This document shows, piece by piece, positions 39,638 to 50,033 of a stretch of DNA of 64,000 nucleotides; the first letter of the stretch is position 1, and every line of letters starts with the position of its first letter. Both the position numbers and the translations under genes were made by a program. This stretch comes from an uncultured Thermoleophilia bacterium (lineage in GTDB: Bacteria > Actinomycetota > Thermoleophilia > Gaiellales > Gaiellaceae): contig CAWCXK010000009.1 in assembly GCA_963799575.1 (NCBI GenBank), positions 93,890 through 157,889 of the forward strand, written 5' to 3'. The notes beneath the pieces are model-generated. The model searched no databases, had not been told where the DNA came from, and worked only from the letters and a program-made list of their open reading frames with translations.

Positions 39638-40602
39638 CGCCGGTCTCCCCGCTCCGAGAAGAAGTGGATCACACCGATGACGCACAGGATCGAGACGGCG
39701 AGCATGACGGCGATCGTCGCCGCGTAGCCGACGCGGTTGTAGGTGAACGCGTTGAGGTACATCAACACGGAGGGAACGGTCGTTGTCCCTCCAGGCCCGC
39801 CCTGCGTCGTGTTCCACACGATGTCGAAGGAGCGAAGCGCGTTGATTGTTGTCAGCATCAATGCGACAGCGATCTCACCGCGGAGCCCTGGGAGCGTTAC
39901 GGCCAAGAACTCGCGAAGGGCGCCGGCACCGTCCACGCGCGCTGCCTCGTACAGGCTCGGAGAGATTCGTTGTGCCCCCGCGATGAAGAGCACCATGCAG
40001 AGGCCGTAGCTGACCCAGGTGCCGACGAGCCCAACCGCCGGAAGCGCCCAGGTGAAGCTGCCGAGCCAAGCCTGCGCGACCGACCCGAGACCTACAGCCC
40101 GCAGCCCCGCGTTGAGCGGGCCGTCCTTGTCGTAGATCCAGATCCACGCCTGGGCAACCACCACACCGGCGATCGTTGCCGGCAGGAACAGCACTGTGCG
40201 AAAGAAGGTCAGGCCACGGATCGGGGTCCGGGTCAGCAGAGCTGTCAGCAGCAGCCCGAACGCGATTGGAAACACGGTGTAGAACGCGAACAACTCGACG
40301 ACGTGGAGGAAGGTAGCCCTGATCGCCGGGTCGGCAAACGCCTCCCGGTAGTTCGCAAGGCCGACGAACCGCTTCGGGCTGAGGCCGTCCCAGTCGTAGA
40401 ACGAGAGCCCCATCGCGTACACGAGCGGTGCCATGGTGAAGACGGCGAAGATCGCGATCCCCGGCAGCACGAACAGCCAGGCAACGGGCGAGCCAGGCTC
40501 ACCGGGCGCCCGCTCTCGCTGGCGTCGGCGACCGAGACGGCTGATGCCGGTGCGCCCGAGAGGCGCACCGGCATCGCTCGCGGTGGAATCGTGCGAGGTC
40601 AA
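39634..40602 (-). CDS. Carbohydrate ABC transporter permease
   Basis: LYEAARVDGA; FVGLANY; GGPG. Confidence 0.92.
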   Translation of the reverse strand: MTSHDSTASDAGAPLGRTGISRLGRRRQRERAPGEPGSPVAWLFVLPGIAIFAVFTMAPLVYAMGLSFYDWDGLSPKRFVGLANYREAFADPAIRATFLHVVELFAFYTVFPIAFGLLLTALLTRTPIRGLTFFRTVLFLPATIAGVVVAQAWIWIYDKDGPLNAGLRAVGLGSVAQAWLGSFTWALPAVGLVGTWVSYGLCMVLFIAGAQRISPSLYEAARVDGAGALREFLAVTLPGLRGEIAVALMLTTINALRSFDIVWNTTQGGPGGTTTVPSVLMYLNAFTYNRVGYAATIAVMLAVSILCVIGVIHFFSERGDRR

Positions 40603-40623
40603 CGATTCAGCATTGCAGAGAGA

Positions 40624-41976
40624 TCAGTGAAGCGTCTTGTGGAACTTTTCCCAGTCCTTCTGCAGTGCGGCCGCCGCTGCCTTCGGTGTCGTCTTTCCCG
40701 CGATCAGCTGCTGCATCTGCGAGGAGACCGTCTGCAGCATCGTCGGCGACGCCCAGTCCTCGAACAATGTCAGGCCGTTGGCCTTGTTCAGCTGCTTCCA
40801 GGATGTGACGAGCGCCGAGAGGAACGCATCTCCCTTCGGTGCGGGAGCATTGAGCACGGCGGGAATCTGCTGCTGGCTTTGCATGAGCTTGACCGCCGCA
40901 GGTGAGCCGATCACGTAGTTGAGCCACTCGGCGGCGAGGTCCGGGTTCTTGCTCTTGGCCGAGATGTGCCACGAGCCCGAAGTAGATCCGATTGCGGATG
41001 GACTGCCGCCCTTGACTGCGGGCGGCATCGGAGCCACTCCGGCCGCCGACTTGAGGCCAGCCTTGATGGTTCCGGCATTCCAGACGCCGTCGACGAAGAA
41101 GACGCCGCTGCCCTTGGCGAAGTTCGCCGCAGCATCGGCATTTGCGAGCGCGTTGACGTCCGAGGGGAAATAGCCCTTCTTCTGCCAGGACTGCAGCATC
41201 CCGAAGCCGGTGGTCGCAGGCGCCCGGTCGATCGTCGCTCCGTCCTTCTGAAAGACCCAGTCACGCAGCAACGAAGGCTTCGAGATCGCCCCGATGACAC
41301 TCCAGATGAGCCAGGCCGCCTCGTAGCCGTTCTTGTTCCCGAGCATGAGGACCGGCTCATCGGATGGAAGCTTCGTGCGTGCTGTGGCGAGAGCCTTCTG
41401 GAAGCCCCCGAGGCTCGAGAGAGCCGTCGTCGGATTGATCCCCAACTGCTTCAGCTTCGCCTTGTTGTAGAAGAGCGCAACATGCTGCCCGGTCATCCCG
41501 ACGCCGTACTGCGAGCCGACGCCGAACTTCTTCCCGTCAGCAGACCAGCGGAACTGCGTCGTCGTACCCGGCCCGTACCAGCGATCCCAGCGGTACTTCT
41601 TGGCGTACTTGTCGAGCGGGATGATCAGCTTCGCCTTGACGAGTGCACCGTCGGTCTGAAAACCCTGGTTCCCCTGGGTCAGATCAGGGCCGGCGTTGGA
41701 CTGCAAGGCCCGTCCGACAGTGGCAAGGATGGCGTTGAAGTCCTTGAAGAGGAGATTGATCTTGACTCCGGGATGCGACTTCTCGAAGTTCTTCGAGAGC
41801 TGCTCGAACACAGGCTTCAGGCCCGGGTCCTGGTTGTCGTACGTCCAGATCGTCAAGGTCCGGTCGGCAGTGCGTCCCGCTGAGGCGGTGCCCGCAATGG
41901 CGACGACGCCGACTGCGACTGCCGCAACGACCCCGATCACGATCGTCTTGCCTTTGGACATTCGTCGTACGTTCAT
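40624..41976 (-). CDS. Sugar ABC transporter substrate-binding protein
   Basis: N-terminal signal; FEKSHPGVKI, LFYNK; leads the permease operon. Confidence 0.9.
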   Translation of the reverse strand: MNVRRMSKGKTIVIGVVAAVAVGVVAIAGTASAGRTADRTLTIWTYDNQDPGLKPVFEQLSKNFEKSHPGVKINLLFKDFNAILATVGRALQSNAGPDLTQGNQGFQTDGALVKAKLIIPLDKYAKKYRWDRWYGPGTTTQFRWSADGKKFGVGSQYGVGMTGQHVALFYNKAKLKQLGINPTTALSSLGGFQKALATARTKLPSDEPVLMLGNKNGYEAAWLIWSVIGAISKPSLLRDWVFQKDGATIDRAPATTGFGMLQSWQKKGYFPSDVNALANADAAANFAKGSGVFFVDGVWNAGTIKAGLKSAAGVAPMPPAVKGGSPSAIGSTSGSWHISAKSKNPDLAAEWLNYVIGSPAAVKLMQSQQQIPAVLNAPAPKGDAFLSALVTSWKQLNKANGLTLFEDWASPTMLQTVSSQMQQLIAGKTTPKAAAAALQKDWEKFHKTLH

Positions 41977-42114
41977 GTGCCCTCCGACCCTCGCTTGGTA
42001 GCGGATAGTGCGATCGCCGGTGAACGTAACACGGAACCAATAAGAAAACAACCTAGACCAATATTGCCGAATACGCCATGAGGTCTGGTGTCTGTGCGAT
42101 GATATGAGCCGACC

Positions 42115-42882
42115 ATGGAGACCCCGCCTACGAGCCTACGCCGTCCGCTCTATATCCGCGTCTACGAGGAGATCGCGGACCGAATCGCCTCGGGAAGCCT
42201 GCAGCGCGGCGGTCAACTCCCGCCGGAGCGGGAGTTCTGCCAGGAGATGGGCGTAAGCCGGGCGACCGTCCGTCGGGCGATCGCCGCGCTCGAGGACGAA
42301 GGTCTGATCCAGGCGATCCAGGGCCGGGGCACGTTCGTCACAGCGCCACGACTCGTCGAGCCGCCGAACACCCTGATGAGCTTCACCCGACTTGCCGAGG
42401 ATCGCGGCACCGTTGCCGGCGCCCGCGTGCTCCGCGCCGAGGTCCGGCCGTCGACTCTCGCCGAAGCAGACCGGTTCCGCATCGCACCCGGTAGCGCGGT
42501 CTACGATCTCGAGCGGCTCCGTACGATGGACTCGATGCCGATCGCGATCGATCACAGCATCGTTCTGCTCGCCGCAGCGCCGACGCTTCCCGACGCAGAC
42601 TGGACGCGGGCCTCGCTCTACGATCTGCTGGCCGCCGGCGGCAATGCACCTGCGCGCGCCGACTACGATGTAGAGGCCCGGGCCGCCGACGCAAACTGGG
42701 CCAGGGAGCTCGACGTACCCGTTGGCGCCCCGCTTCTGATCGCAGACACGAGCAGCTACGACCGCGACGAGCGGCTGATCGAGATCGGCCGCATCATCTA
42801 CCGCGGCGATCGGTACAGGTTCCGAAGCACGCTCGTGGCGCAACGATCGCTTCCGTCAGCACGGCCTCTGCCGGCCAGGTAG
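42115..42882 (+). CDS. GntR-family regulator, HutC/UTRA subfamily
   Basis: LPPERE...VSRATVRRA...GRGTFV; C-terminal YRGDRYRF. Confidence 0.92.
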   Translation: METPPTSLRRPLYIRVYEEIADRIASGSLQRGGQLPPEREFCQEMGVSRATVRRAIAALEDEGLIQAIQGRGTFVTAPRLVEPPNTLMSFTRLAEDRGTVAGARVLRAEVRPSTLAEADRFRIAPGSAVYDLERLRTMDSMPIAIDHSIVLLAAAPTLPDADWTRASLYDLLAAGGNAPARADYDVEARAADANWARELDVPVGAPLLIADTSSYDRDERLIEIGRIIYRGDRYRFRSTLVAQRSLPSARPLPAR

Positions 42883-42923
42883 ACGCTCTCGAGCGGCGGG
42901 CGCCGCGCAACGCGAGCGGCCTG

Positions 42924-44030
42924 TCAATCAGATGCCGCCGATGAGGACGCGGGCCAGGAGATGGCCGCGCCCGTCGTCGCGTCGAACACATACACCTCCC
43001 GCTCGTCGATCCCGAACAGGAGCCGCTCACCGAGCCGAACTCTCGCAAGCCCCTCGAGCCCCACGGTGATCTCACCGCCGCCTTCGAGGGTGACCATCGC
43101 AAACGTCTCCCGACCGAGCTCCTCGAGGCCCTGGACGACGCCTTCGAACGGGCCGGCCAGCGTGCCCTCCTCGTGCCAGCCGCGCACGTTCTCCGATCGT
43201 ACGCCAACGACGACGCTGCCTTCCCCCGAAAGGCCGTCCGGTCTCAGAACGAGGCCCCGATGCTCGAGAGCCCGCACGCCGTCTCGCTCCACCCAGGTGC
43301 AGTCGACGAAGCTCATCGGTGGCGTACCGACGAAGCCGGCAACGAAGCGGTTGACCGGACGCTGGTAGATCTCCTGCGGCGATCCCACCTGCTCGAGAAC
43401 CCCGGAGCTCAGCACGGCGACGCGTGTACCCAACGTCATTGCCTCCGTCTGGTCGTGGGTGACGAAGAGCGTCGTCGTTCCCGTCGACTGCTGCAGGCTC
43501 TTGATCTCGCTGCGCATCCGGAGACGGAGCGCCGCATCGAGGTTCGAGAGCGGCTCGTCCATGAGGAAGACCTCCGGATCACGGACGAGCGCCCTACCGA
43601 GGGCAACCCTTTGCCGCTGACCTCCCGAGAGTTGAGCCGGCCGACGATCCAAGAGCTCGGAGAGCCCCAGGGTCTCCGCGGCACGAGTGACGCGCTGCTT
43701 GATCTCGGCGCGCTTCACCTTCCGCATTCGGAGCCCGAAGCCCATGTTCTTCTCCACCGTCATCTGTGGGTAGAGCGCGTAGTCCTGAAAGACCATCGCG
43801 ACATCTCTCTGCGCCGGCGGGACGCGACTCACGTCACGCTCGCCAATCCGGATCGCGCCGTCACTCAGCGCCTCAAAGCCCGCGGCGATGCGGAGCGCCG
43901 TCGTCTTGCCCGAACCCGAAGGACCGAGCAGAACCATGAACTCGCCCTGGGCGATCTCGAGCTCGAGGGCCGAGAGTGCAACGACGTCGCCGAAGCGCTT
44001 CGTCGTCTTCTCGTACGCGACGGCGGCCAC
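42924..44030 (-). CDS. Sugar ABC transporter ATP-binding protein (MsiK/MalK-like)
   Basis: GPSGSGKT, LSGGQRQR, DEPLSNLD. Confidence 0.93.
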   Translation of the reverse strand: MAAVAYEKTTKRFGDVVALSALELEIAQGEFMVLLGPSGSGKTTALRIAAGFEALSDGAIRIGERDVSRVPPAQRDVAMVFQDYALYPQMTVEKNMGFGLRMRKVKRAEIKQRVTRAAETLGLSELLDRRPAQLSGGQRQRVALGRALVRDPEVFLMDEPLSNLDAALRLRMRSEIKSLQQSTGTTTLFVTHDQTEAMTLGTRVAVLSSGVLEQVGSPQEIYQRPVNRFVAGFVGTPPMSFVDCTWVERDGVRALEHRGLVLRPDGLSGEGSVVVGVRSENVRGWHEEGTLAGPFEGVVQGLEELGRETFAMVTLEGGGEITVGLEGLARVRLGERLLFGIDEREVYVFDATTGAAISWPASSSAASD

Positions 44031-44070
44031 TTACCGCGCCGCCAGGGCAGGGGCAGTGACACGACCGGAC

Positions 44071-44105
44071 TGATACCAGATAGGCACCAGTCGGTTCATA
44101 CCAGT
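44071..44105. promoter_or_regulatory. Putative HutC/DasR-type operator(s)
   Basis: TGATACCA and GTCGGTTCATACCAGT in the divergent promoter. Confidence 0.5.
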
Positions 44106-44123
44106 AAAGTTGTCGGGGTGTCA

Positions 44124-44900
44124 ATGACTGCACGCCGCTCGCAAGAGCGCTCGGGCACGGCCGACGAGCCGCATCTGTACGAGCGCGTCGTAGCGCTCGT
44201 TTCCGACGACATAGCTACCGGTCGACTCCAGCCGGGCGAGCGCCTCACGTCGGAGCGTGCGCTCGGCGAGCGGCTCGGGGTGAGTCGCGTCACGATCCGC
44301 CGGGCGCTCGCGACGCTCGTCGAGCGTGGCCTCCTGATTCCCGCCGCGCGGCGCGGTTGGTTCGTCGCTCCGCCCTCGTCCACGAGCTCGTATCCGCCGC
44401 TCCAGAGCTTCACCGAGTGGGCTCGTGCGCAAGGTCGTGAGGCGGGCACCGTCGTCCTGGACGCCCGGGTGCGTCGCGCAGTGAAGGACGAGTCGCGTCT
44501 CCTCCGAGTCACGAGCCGCGCTCCGCTGTTCGAGCTCAAGCGGCTCCGCCTGATGGACGCGGTGCCGATCTCGGTGGAAAGCTCGTGCGTGCCACTCGCC
44601 GTCGCGCCCGCCCTGCCCGCAGTCGACTTCTCGGACGCGTCTCTCTTTGCCGTCCTTCGCACGCAAGCGGGAGTAGAGCCAACCCGGGCCGAGTCGAGCG
44701 TCGGCCTCGAGCCGGCTGACGGCCGCACCGCCGGCTTGCTCGAGATTCCCGAGGGAACGAGCGTCCTGCGCTTCCGCGAGACCGTCTACGACCAGAACGA
44801 TCGCCCGTTCGAGCTTCATACCGCGGCGAACCGCGGTGACGGCTACCAGTGGACGTCCGTCTTTGGATCGACCTCGGACAGCCTGGGCGTCAGCCGCTAG
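44124..44900 (+). CDS. GntR-family regulator, HutC/UTRA subfamily
   Basis: SERALGERLGVSRVTIRRAL; NRGDGY. Confidence 0.9.
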   Translation: MTARRSQERSGTADEPHLYERVVALVSDDIATGRLQPGERLTSERALGERLGVSRVTIRRALATLVERGLLIPAARRGWFVAPPSSTSSYPPLQSFTEWARAQGREAGTVVLDARVRRAVKDESRLLRVTSRAPLFELKRLRLMDAVPISVESSCVPLAVAPALPAVDFSDASLFAVLRTQAGVEPTRAESSVGLEPADGRTAGLLEIPEGTSVLRFRETVYDQNDRPFELHTAANRGDGYQWTSVFGSTSDSLGVSR

Positions 44901-45858
44901 CGGAGAGCCCCGTGGCCGCGAGGCTGGCCGCGATCTCGTCAGGGTGCAGATCGATCCGCAGGAGATCGAACGCGAGCGACAGGGCGCCGACTGCCGGCTC
45001 GAACGACGTCCGCACGACGCGCGACGCGCCGGCGGCTTCTGCGATCGCCTGTTCGAGCACACGCGCAGGATGACGGAGGGCGCCACCGCCGAGCACGAGG
45101 AGGCTGCCCGCTCCGTCGAGCCCGACGCGCTTCGCAGAAAACCTGGCCGCCGCGCCCATGAGACCCGCCTGGACGAGAACGATACGTCGAGCGACCGCGT
45201 CGCCTTCGTCTGCTTCGTCGAGGGCGATCGGGGTCAGGCGCGGCCCCAGCCTACCGTGTGGTTCTCCAACGCGATTGAGGATGTAGAGCAACTCGTCGGG
45301 GGAGTCCACGTCGAAGGCTTCGCAGACTCTTGCGGTCAGGGTGGTGGGCGGCCCCAGACCGAGGTCTGCGCGATAGACGGCGCTGAGCGCTGCCTGGGCG
45401 ATCGGCTCTCCGCCCATCGAGTCGGGCCACCACCCGCGGTGGAATACCTCTCCCTGATCGTTCCGGCTGCCGATAGCCGCCCAGGTCCCGACTGCGACGG
45501 CTACTCCGGTCCAGGTCGGCGAGCCACACCGGAGGATGCCGATTGCATCGTTGACGACGACGAGCGCGGGGATCGGGAACCGCTGCCCGAGGCGATGGCG
45601 GAGAAGCTCGAAGTCCTCCGGCCAGTCTGCCCCGGCAAGACTGAACCCTGCGCCGACCACCGTCGGGTTGCCACCCGGCACGGACCGCAGAGCATCGTCG
45701 ACCGCGGCGCCGATCTCGCCCACAGCGGCCTCGGGGCTCTCGGCTCCGTGGATGTCGGCACAGCCGGCACGCCCGATACCGACGACCGTTCCGTCGGTTC
45801 GGGCGGCCAGGGCCAATGTCTTCGTGTTGCCACCGTCGACTCCAAGAACGACGTCCAT
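44890..45858 (-). CDS. BadF/BadG/BcrA/BcrD-type (GlcNAc/GlcN-like) sugar kinase
   Basis: LGVDGGNTKT, LAGADW, VVNDA. Confidence 0.85.
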   Translation of the reverse strand: MDVVLGVDGGNTKTLALAARTDGTVVGIGRAGCADIHGAESPEAAVGEIGAAVDDALRSVPGGNPTVVGAGFSLAGADWPEDFELLRHRLGQRFPIPALVVVNDAIGILRCGSPTWTGVAVAVGTWAAIGSRNDQGEVFHRGWWPDSMGGEPIAQAALSAVYRADLGLGPPTTLTARVCEAFDVDSPDELLYILNRVGEPHGRLGPRLTPIALDEADEGDAVARRIVLVQAGLMGAAARFSAKRVGLDGAGSLLVLGGGALRHPARVLEQAIAEAAGASRVVRTSFEPAVGALSLAFDLLRIDLHPDEIAASLAATGLSASG

Positions 45859-47162
45859 CAGCCGAGTAGCCGCTCCGGGAGGTACGCACGATGGGCGACA
45901 GAAAGCTCGGCATATACCGCCTCCGCCTTGTCGACCGACTGGACGAGCGGGTTTGCCGCGAGGGCCTTGATCGCATCTGCCCGGGTTCCCGACCAGGCAA
46001 CAGCGGCAGCGAGCAGCTGATACTCGGCAAGCATCTCGACGAGCCCCCGTAGGTGCGGTGGAAGCTCTCGCTGGGGAAGCGGCTCGATCCATGCCGCCGA
46101 GCAGCGACCCGTGACCTCGACGACGAGGTCGTCCGGGAATCCGGGCAGCGAGCCCCGGTTCGGCACGTTCACCGGCAGCACGTCGCCCGTGTCGTTGAAG
46201 ACGGCGTGCATCGCGTCGATTGCGAGCTCGAGCTCGTTGATCCCGCCGCGCGAGCGATTCGGGTCGAGCACCGGATCGTCCGTCTCCGCCTGAGCTGCGT
46301 AGTGCTCCCAGTACCCAGGCACCCACGAGAGGATGTCCTCGGCCCGAGTCGTCGGCTTGGCCCGTTGCTCGGCGAGCACCTCGTCGCGCCAGTAGTAGTA
46401 CTGGAAGTAGTCCGCCGGGATCGCTTCCATGGCCACGGCCAGCCGCAAGATCCGTTGCTCGTGCAGTGTGAGAGAGGTACCGGGACCGAGGCGCTCGGCG
46501 GCCGCAGCGCGAAGGTACGGGATAAGATTCTCGCCATCGTAGGTGTGCTCGACGCTCCAGCATGCGTGGTTGAGGCCCACCATTGTCGAAGAGATGCGCG
46601 CTGGATCCAACCCGGCCGCCGCCGCGATCTCCTCGGTGAAGATGATCGGGCCCTCACAGAGTGAGACGAGCGGGATGTCCGTGTTGGTCGTCCACGCCTG
46701 GGCGACGATGTTGACCGGGTTCGTGTAGTTGAAGACTTTCGCCGACGGGCACACGGCTTCGATGTCGGCCGCGACACCCTTCATCACCTCGATCGCGCGC
46801 AGGGCCATGAAGAAGCCACCGACACCCTGCGTTTCCTGCCCGATCAGACCGTGGTTGTTCGCCGTCCGCTCGTCGAGGGCTCGCGCCTCGAACCCGCCGG
46901 GGCGAAAGCTCGAGAGCACCGCGTCGCACGAGTCGAGACCAGCGCGCCGGTCGGTCGTCGAGGTGATGCCGATAGCGATGCCACGAGCGCGAGCCATCTT
47001 CTGCGCAAGACGCTCCACCAGCGCGAGCCGGTCCGGGTCGAGGTCGATCAGCACGACTTCGGAGCCATCGAACTCGGCTCCCCGATGGTGGATGAACGAG
47101 GCCATCGTCCCCGCTCCACGCGTCGACCCGCCGCCGATGTACGCCATCTTGATCCGTGCCAT
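45858..47162 (-). CDS. Glycoside hydrolase family 4 (NAD+-dependent, 6-phospho-beta-glucosidase-like)
   Basis: YIGGGST, GQETQGVGG, NYTNP, LCEGP, GLNH. Confidence 0.92.
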   Translation of the reverse strand: MARIKMAYIGGGSTRGAGTMASFIHHRGAEFDGSEVVLIDLDPDRLALVERLAQKMARARGIAIGITSTTDRRAGLDSCDAVLSSFRPGGFEARALDERTANNHGLIGQETQGVGGFFMALRAIEVMKGVAADIEAVCPSAKVFNYTNPVNIVAQAWTTNTDIPLVSLCEGPIIFTEEIAAAAGLDPARISSTMVGLNHACWSVEHTYDGENLIPYLRAAAAERLGPGTSLTLHEQRILRLAVAMEAIPADYFQYYYWRDEVLAEQRAKPTTRAEDILSWVPGYWEHYAAQAETDDPVLDPNRSRGGINELELAIDAMHAVFNDTGDVLPVNVPNRGSLPGFPDDLVVEVTGRCSAAWIEPLPQRELPPHLRGLVEMLAEYQLLAAAVAWSGTRADAIKALAANPLVQSVDKAEAVYAELSVAHRAYLPERLLG

Positions 47163-47216
47163 ACCGCCTCCGAACTGTCGGGCGGTCGCGACGCGCCGCC
47201 GTTCGATAGCTACCAG

Positions 47217-47999
47217 CTAGGTGCCCCGCTCGTGACGAGAACCGATCATGTCCGGCGTCAGCCCGACCGCAGCATCGTCGTCGGCGACGATGATCAGTCG
47301 AGGGACGCGCCGCAGGTATGACGCCGGCACCTCCGGGGATTCAGAGCCGGCAACCGAACGGCGAAGGATGTCCCGCTTGTGCGCGCCGGCGACGAGCAGC
47401 ACGACGACCTGCGCCGAGAGCAAGAGGCCGAGCCCAGCCGTGATGCCCTCCGCCGGCACCTCCGCCCCATCCCAGTAGCGCGCATTGCTGACCATCGACT
47501 CCGGCGAAAGCGGCACGACACGTGTGCCGGCGGCCGGGCCGGAAGGAGGCTCGTTGAATCCGACATGACCATTCGGGCCGAGGCCGAGAACGGCAAGATG
47601 GAGCCCACCGGCTGCGACAACGGCAGCCTCGAAGCGGCTGCATTCCTGCAGGCTGTCGCCCGTTGTGCCTCGGAGACGGATCACGTTCGAAGCATCGACC
47701 CCGAGCGGGGTCAGGAACTCACGGTCGAGCCACGAGTACAGTGACCGTGGATCGGAGTCCTCTACTCCCAGATACTCGTCGAGCTGAACGATCGGACACG
47801 GCGGGGTGCCGAGCTCCCCTCGCGTGTGCCGGATAGCAAGCTCACGGAAGACGGGGATCGGAGTCCAGCCGGTGGCGAGGATCGTCGCGCCCTCGGGGCA
47901 GCCGTCCCAGACAGCCCCGATGACGTCTGCCCCGAGCTTCGCAAATGCCGCGTCAGATGGGGCAACGAGCAGTTCCGCTCCGCCGTTCTTCGAGATCAT
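47217..47999 (-). CDS. nagB: Glucosamine-6-phosphate deaminase
   Basis: LATGWTP, QLDEY, LGLGPNGHVGFNEP, VPAS. Confidence 0.82.
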   Translation of the reverse strand: MISKNGGAELLVAPSDAAFAKLGADVIGAVWDGCPEGATILATGWTPIPVFRELAIRHTRGELGTPPCPIVQLDEYLGVEDSDPRSLYSWLDREFLTPLGVDASNVIRLRGTTGDSLQECSRFEAAVVAAGGLHLAVLGLGPNGHVGFNEPPSGPAAGTRVVPLSPESMVSNARYWDGAEVPAEGITAGLGLLLSAQVVVLLVAGAHKRDILRRSVAGSESPEVPASYLRRVPRLIIVADDDAAVGLTPDMIGSRHERGT

Positions 48000-48074
48000 G
48001 CGAATCTGTGGTATTTCTCTGGTATCACGGAGACAGATCGTACTGGTTCGGCGCGCGCGCGTGCGAGGAGACGG

Positions 48075-48969
48075 ATGAGCAGACCTTTCCTCTCTCCCGA
48101 CGTTCTCGGGCCGCGGGCATTTCAGCTCGGCGAGAGCCCGGTCTGGCTGGATCGCTCGTCCGAGCTCGTCTGGGTCGACCTTGAGCAGGGCTCCGTTCAC
48201 GAATACTCCGAGGCACGGGGCATGCGTCAACTCGGCCGGCTGGACACCCCGGTTGGAGCGGTGGCACCAGTCAGGGGAGGCGGCTTCGTGCTGGCCACAC
48301 GCGACGGGTTCGCTTCAGCCGACGAATCGTTCGATCACGTGGAGCTGCTCGCGCCCGTGTCTCGCGCACGACCCGACGATCCTGATGAACGACGGGAAGA
48401 GCGACCCTCGCGGGAGGTTCTGGGCGGGGACGATGGACAGCGACGGTCGGTTGGATCGGGGCTCGCTCTATCGACTCGAGCCGTCGGGTAAGGCAGTGGT
48501 CGCGATCGAGGGCGTCTCGCTCTCGAACGGCGTCGGCTGGAACGACGACGGTACCCTCATGTACTACGTCGACTCGCCGACGAGGAGAGTCGACGTGTTC
48601 GACTTCGATCTCGACTCGGGGGAGCCACTCAACCGACGACCGTTCGTCGTCTGCGACGAGGGATGGGGACTTCCGGACGGGCTCGCGGTCGACACCGACG
48701 GCTGTGTGTGGGTCGCCTTCTGGGGCGGCAGCGCCGTCCGTCGGTTCAGGCCCGACGGGGCCGTGGTGGGCGGCGTCGATCTCCCTGCCAGCCAGGTCAC
48801 GAGCTGTGCGTTCGGCGGCACCGACCGACAGACGCTGTTCATCACGACCGCAGGGGGCTACCTCTCCGACGAGCAGCGCGCCGTGGAACCTCATGCCGGA
48901 GCGTTGTTCGCGGTCGAAACAGGGGTCAGCGGGGTCCGAATACCAGAGGTCCTGCTCGAGCGGCCCTGA
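48075..48969 (+). CDS. SMP-30/gluconolactonase/LRE-family protein (one +1 frameshift near 48360)
   Basis: LGESPVW in one frame; NDGKSDPRGRFWAG, SNG and PDG in the next; span 895 bp = 3n+1. Confidence 0.85.
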
Positions 48970-49064
48970 ACCGTCGCCGACAACCATGCCCTCCGTTGCA
49001 GTGCCGCCCGTCGCTGCGGCTTTCCCCCGATGCCGACGAATCCGGGAGCGGACACACTCACCGG

Positions 49065-49664
49065 ATGAAGCGTCGCACGGCAGCCATCGGACTCGCTGCG
49101 TCGCTCGCGGTTCTCTCGTCGACCGGGGCCCGCAGGCGGATCCTCACGTGGGGCGCGACCACTGCTGAGGCCGCGGAGCAGCTCCCCGGCGACGAGCTGC
49201 TCGAGGCCGCGGACGGAATCTCAACGCGCGCGGTCACGATCGCTGCACCCACCCGAGCGGTCTGGCCCTGGCTTGCGCAGATGGGCCCGTCCCCTCGCGG
49301 CGGCGCCTACACCTACGACTGGATCGAGAACCTCCTCGGCCTCGACATGCACAGCGCCGACCACCTCCTGCCCGAGTTCCAGCACCCTGCGCTCGGGGAC
49401 ACGATCGCGTTCGGCAAGAATCGGATGCGCCTCGAACGGGTCGAGCCCGAGAGCGTGCTCGCCTGGCGTTCCGAGGACGGGAACTGGGTCTGGACGTTCG
49501 TCCTTCGCGAGGAGGGCCGGCAGACACGGCTGATCAGCCGCAACCGCTTCCGACTCCCGACCCTCGTTGCCCGCATCGGGATGCTGCCGATGGAGCCGGC
49601 GTCGCTCCTGATGGAACGGAAGATGCTGCTCGGGATCAAGAAGCGCGCAGAGGATCTCGCCTGA
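49065..49664 (+). CDS. SRPBCC-like conserved protein
   Basis: TWGAT..E...LPGD, VWPWLAQMG, YDWIEN, MERKMLLGIK.RAE. Confidence 0.75.
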   Translation: MKRRTAAIGLAASLAVLSSTGARRRILTWGATTAEAAEQLPGDELLEAADGISTRAVTIAAPTRAVWPWLAQMGPSPRGGAYTYDWIENLLGLDMHSADHLLPEFQHPALGDTIAFGKNRMRLERVEPESVLAWRSEDGNWVWTFVLREEGRQTRLISRNRFRLPTLVARIGMLPMEPASLLMERKMLLGIKKRAEDLA

Positions 49665-49715
49665 CGTCGCAGCGACGCCGTCCCGGCCGAACGTGCGCCG
49701 TGCTACACAAGAGGC

Positions 49716-50033
49716 ATGCCAACGGAGCTCGTCGCTGCCGGTCGAGTGATCGACGCGATCCGCGAACGGGGCGGCGCGCTCTACGTCTGGCCGCGAAAGG
49801 CGCGCTGCTGTGGGGGAGCGATCACGCTCGAGGCGGCAACGGCCCCTCCGGACAAGGTGTTCCGGCGGATCGACGTCGACCAGATCGAGCTGTTCGTCCC
49901 GATCGGCATGGCAGCGCCCAGCTCGCTGCACGTCGAGATCAGTCGCCGCGGTCGCATTCGTGCGTTCTGGAACGGGCTGGCATGGGTGGACGCATCCCAC
50001 GCGACGGGCGACCGGCACGTTGCTGCGCCGTGA
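49716..50033 (+). CDS. Small hypothetical protein with vicinal CC motif
   Basis: GAGG RBS; YVW...RCCGG; stop overlaps the next start. Confidence 0.6.
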   Translation: MPTELVAAGRVIDAIRERGGALYVWPRKARCCGGAITLEAATAPPDKVFRRIDVDQIELFVPIGMAAPSSLHVEISRRGRIRAFWNGLAWVDASHATGDRHVAAP

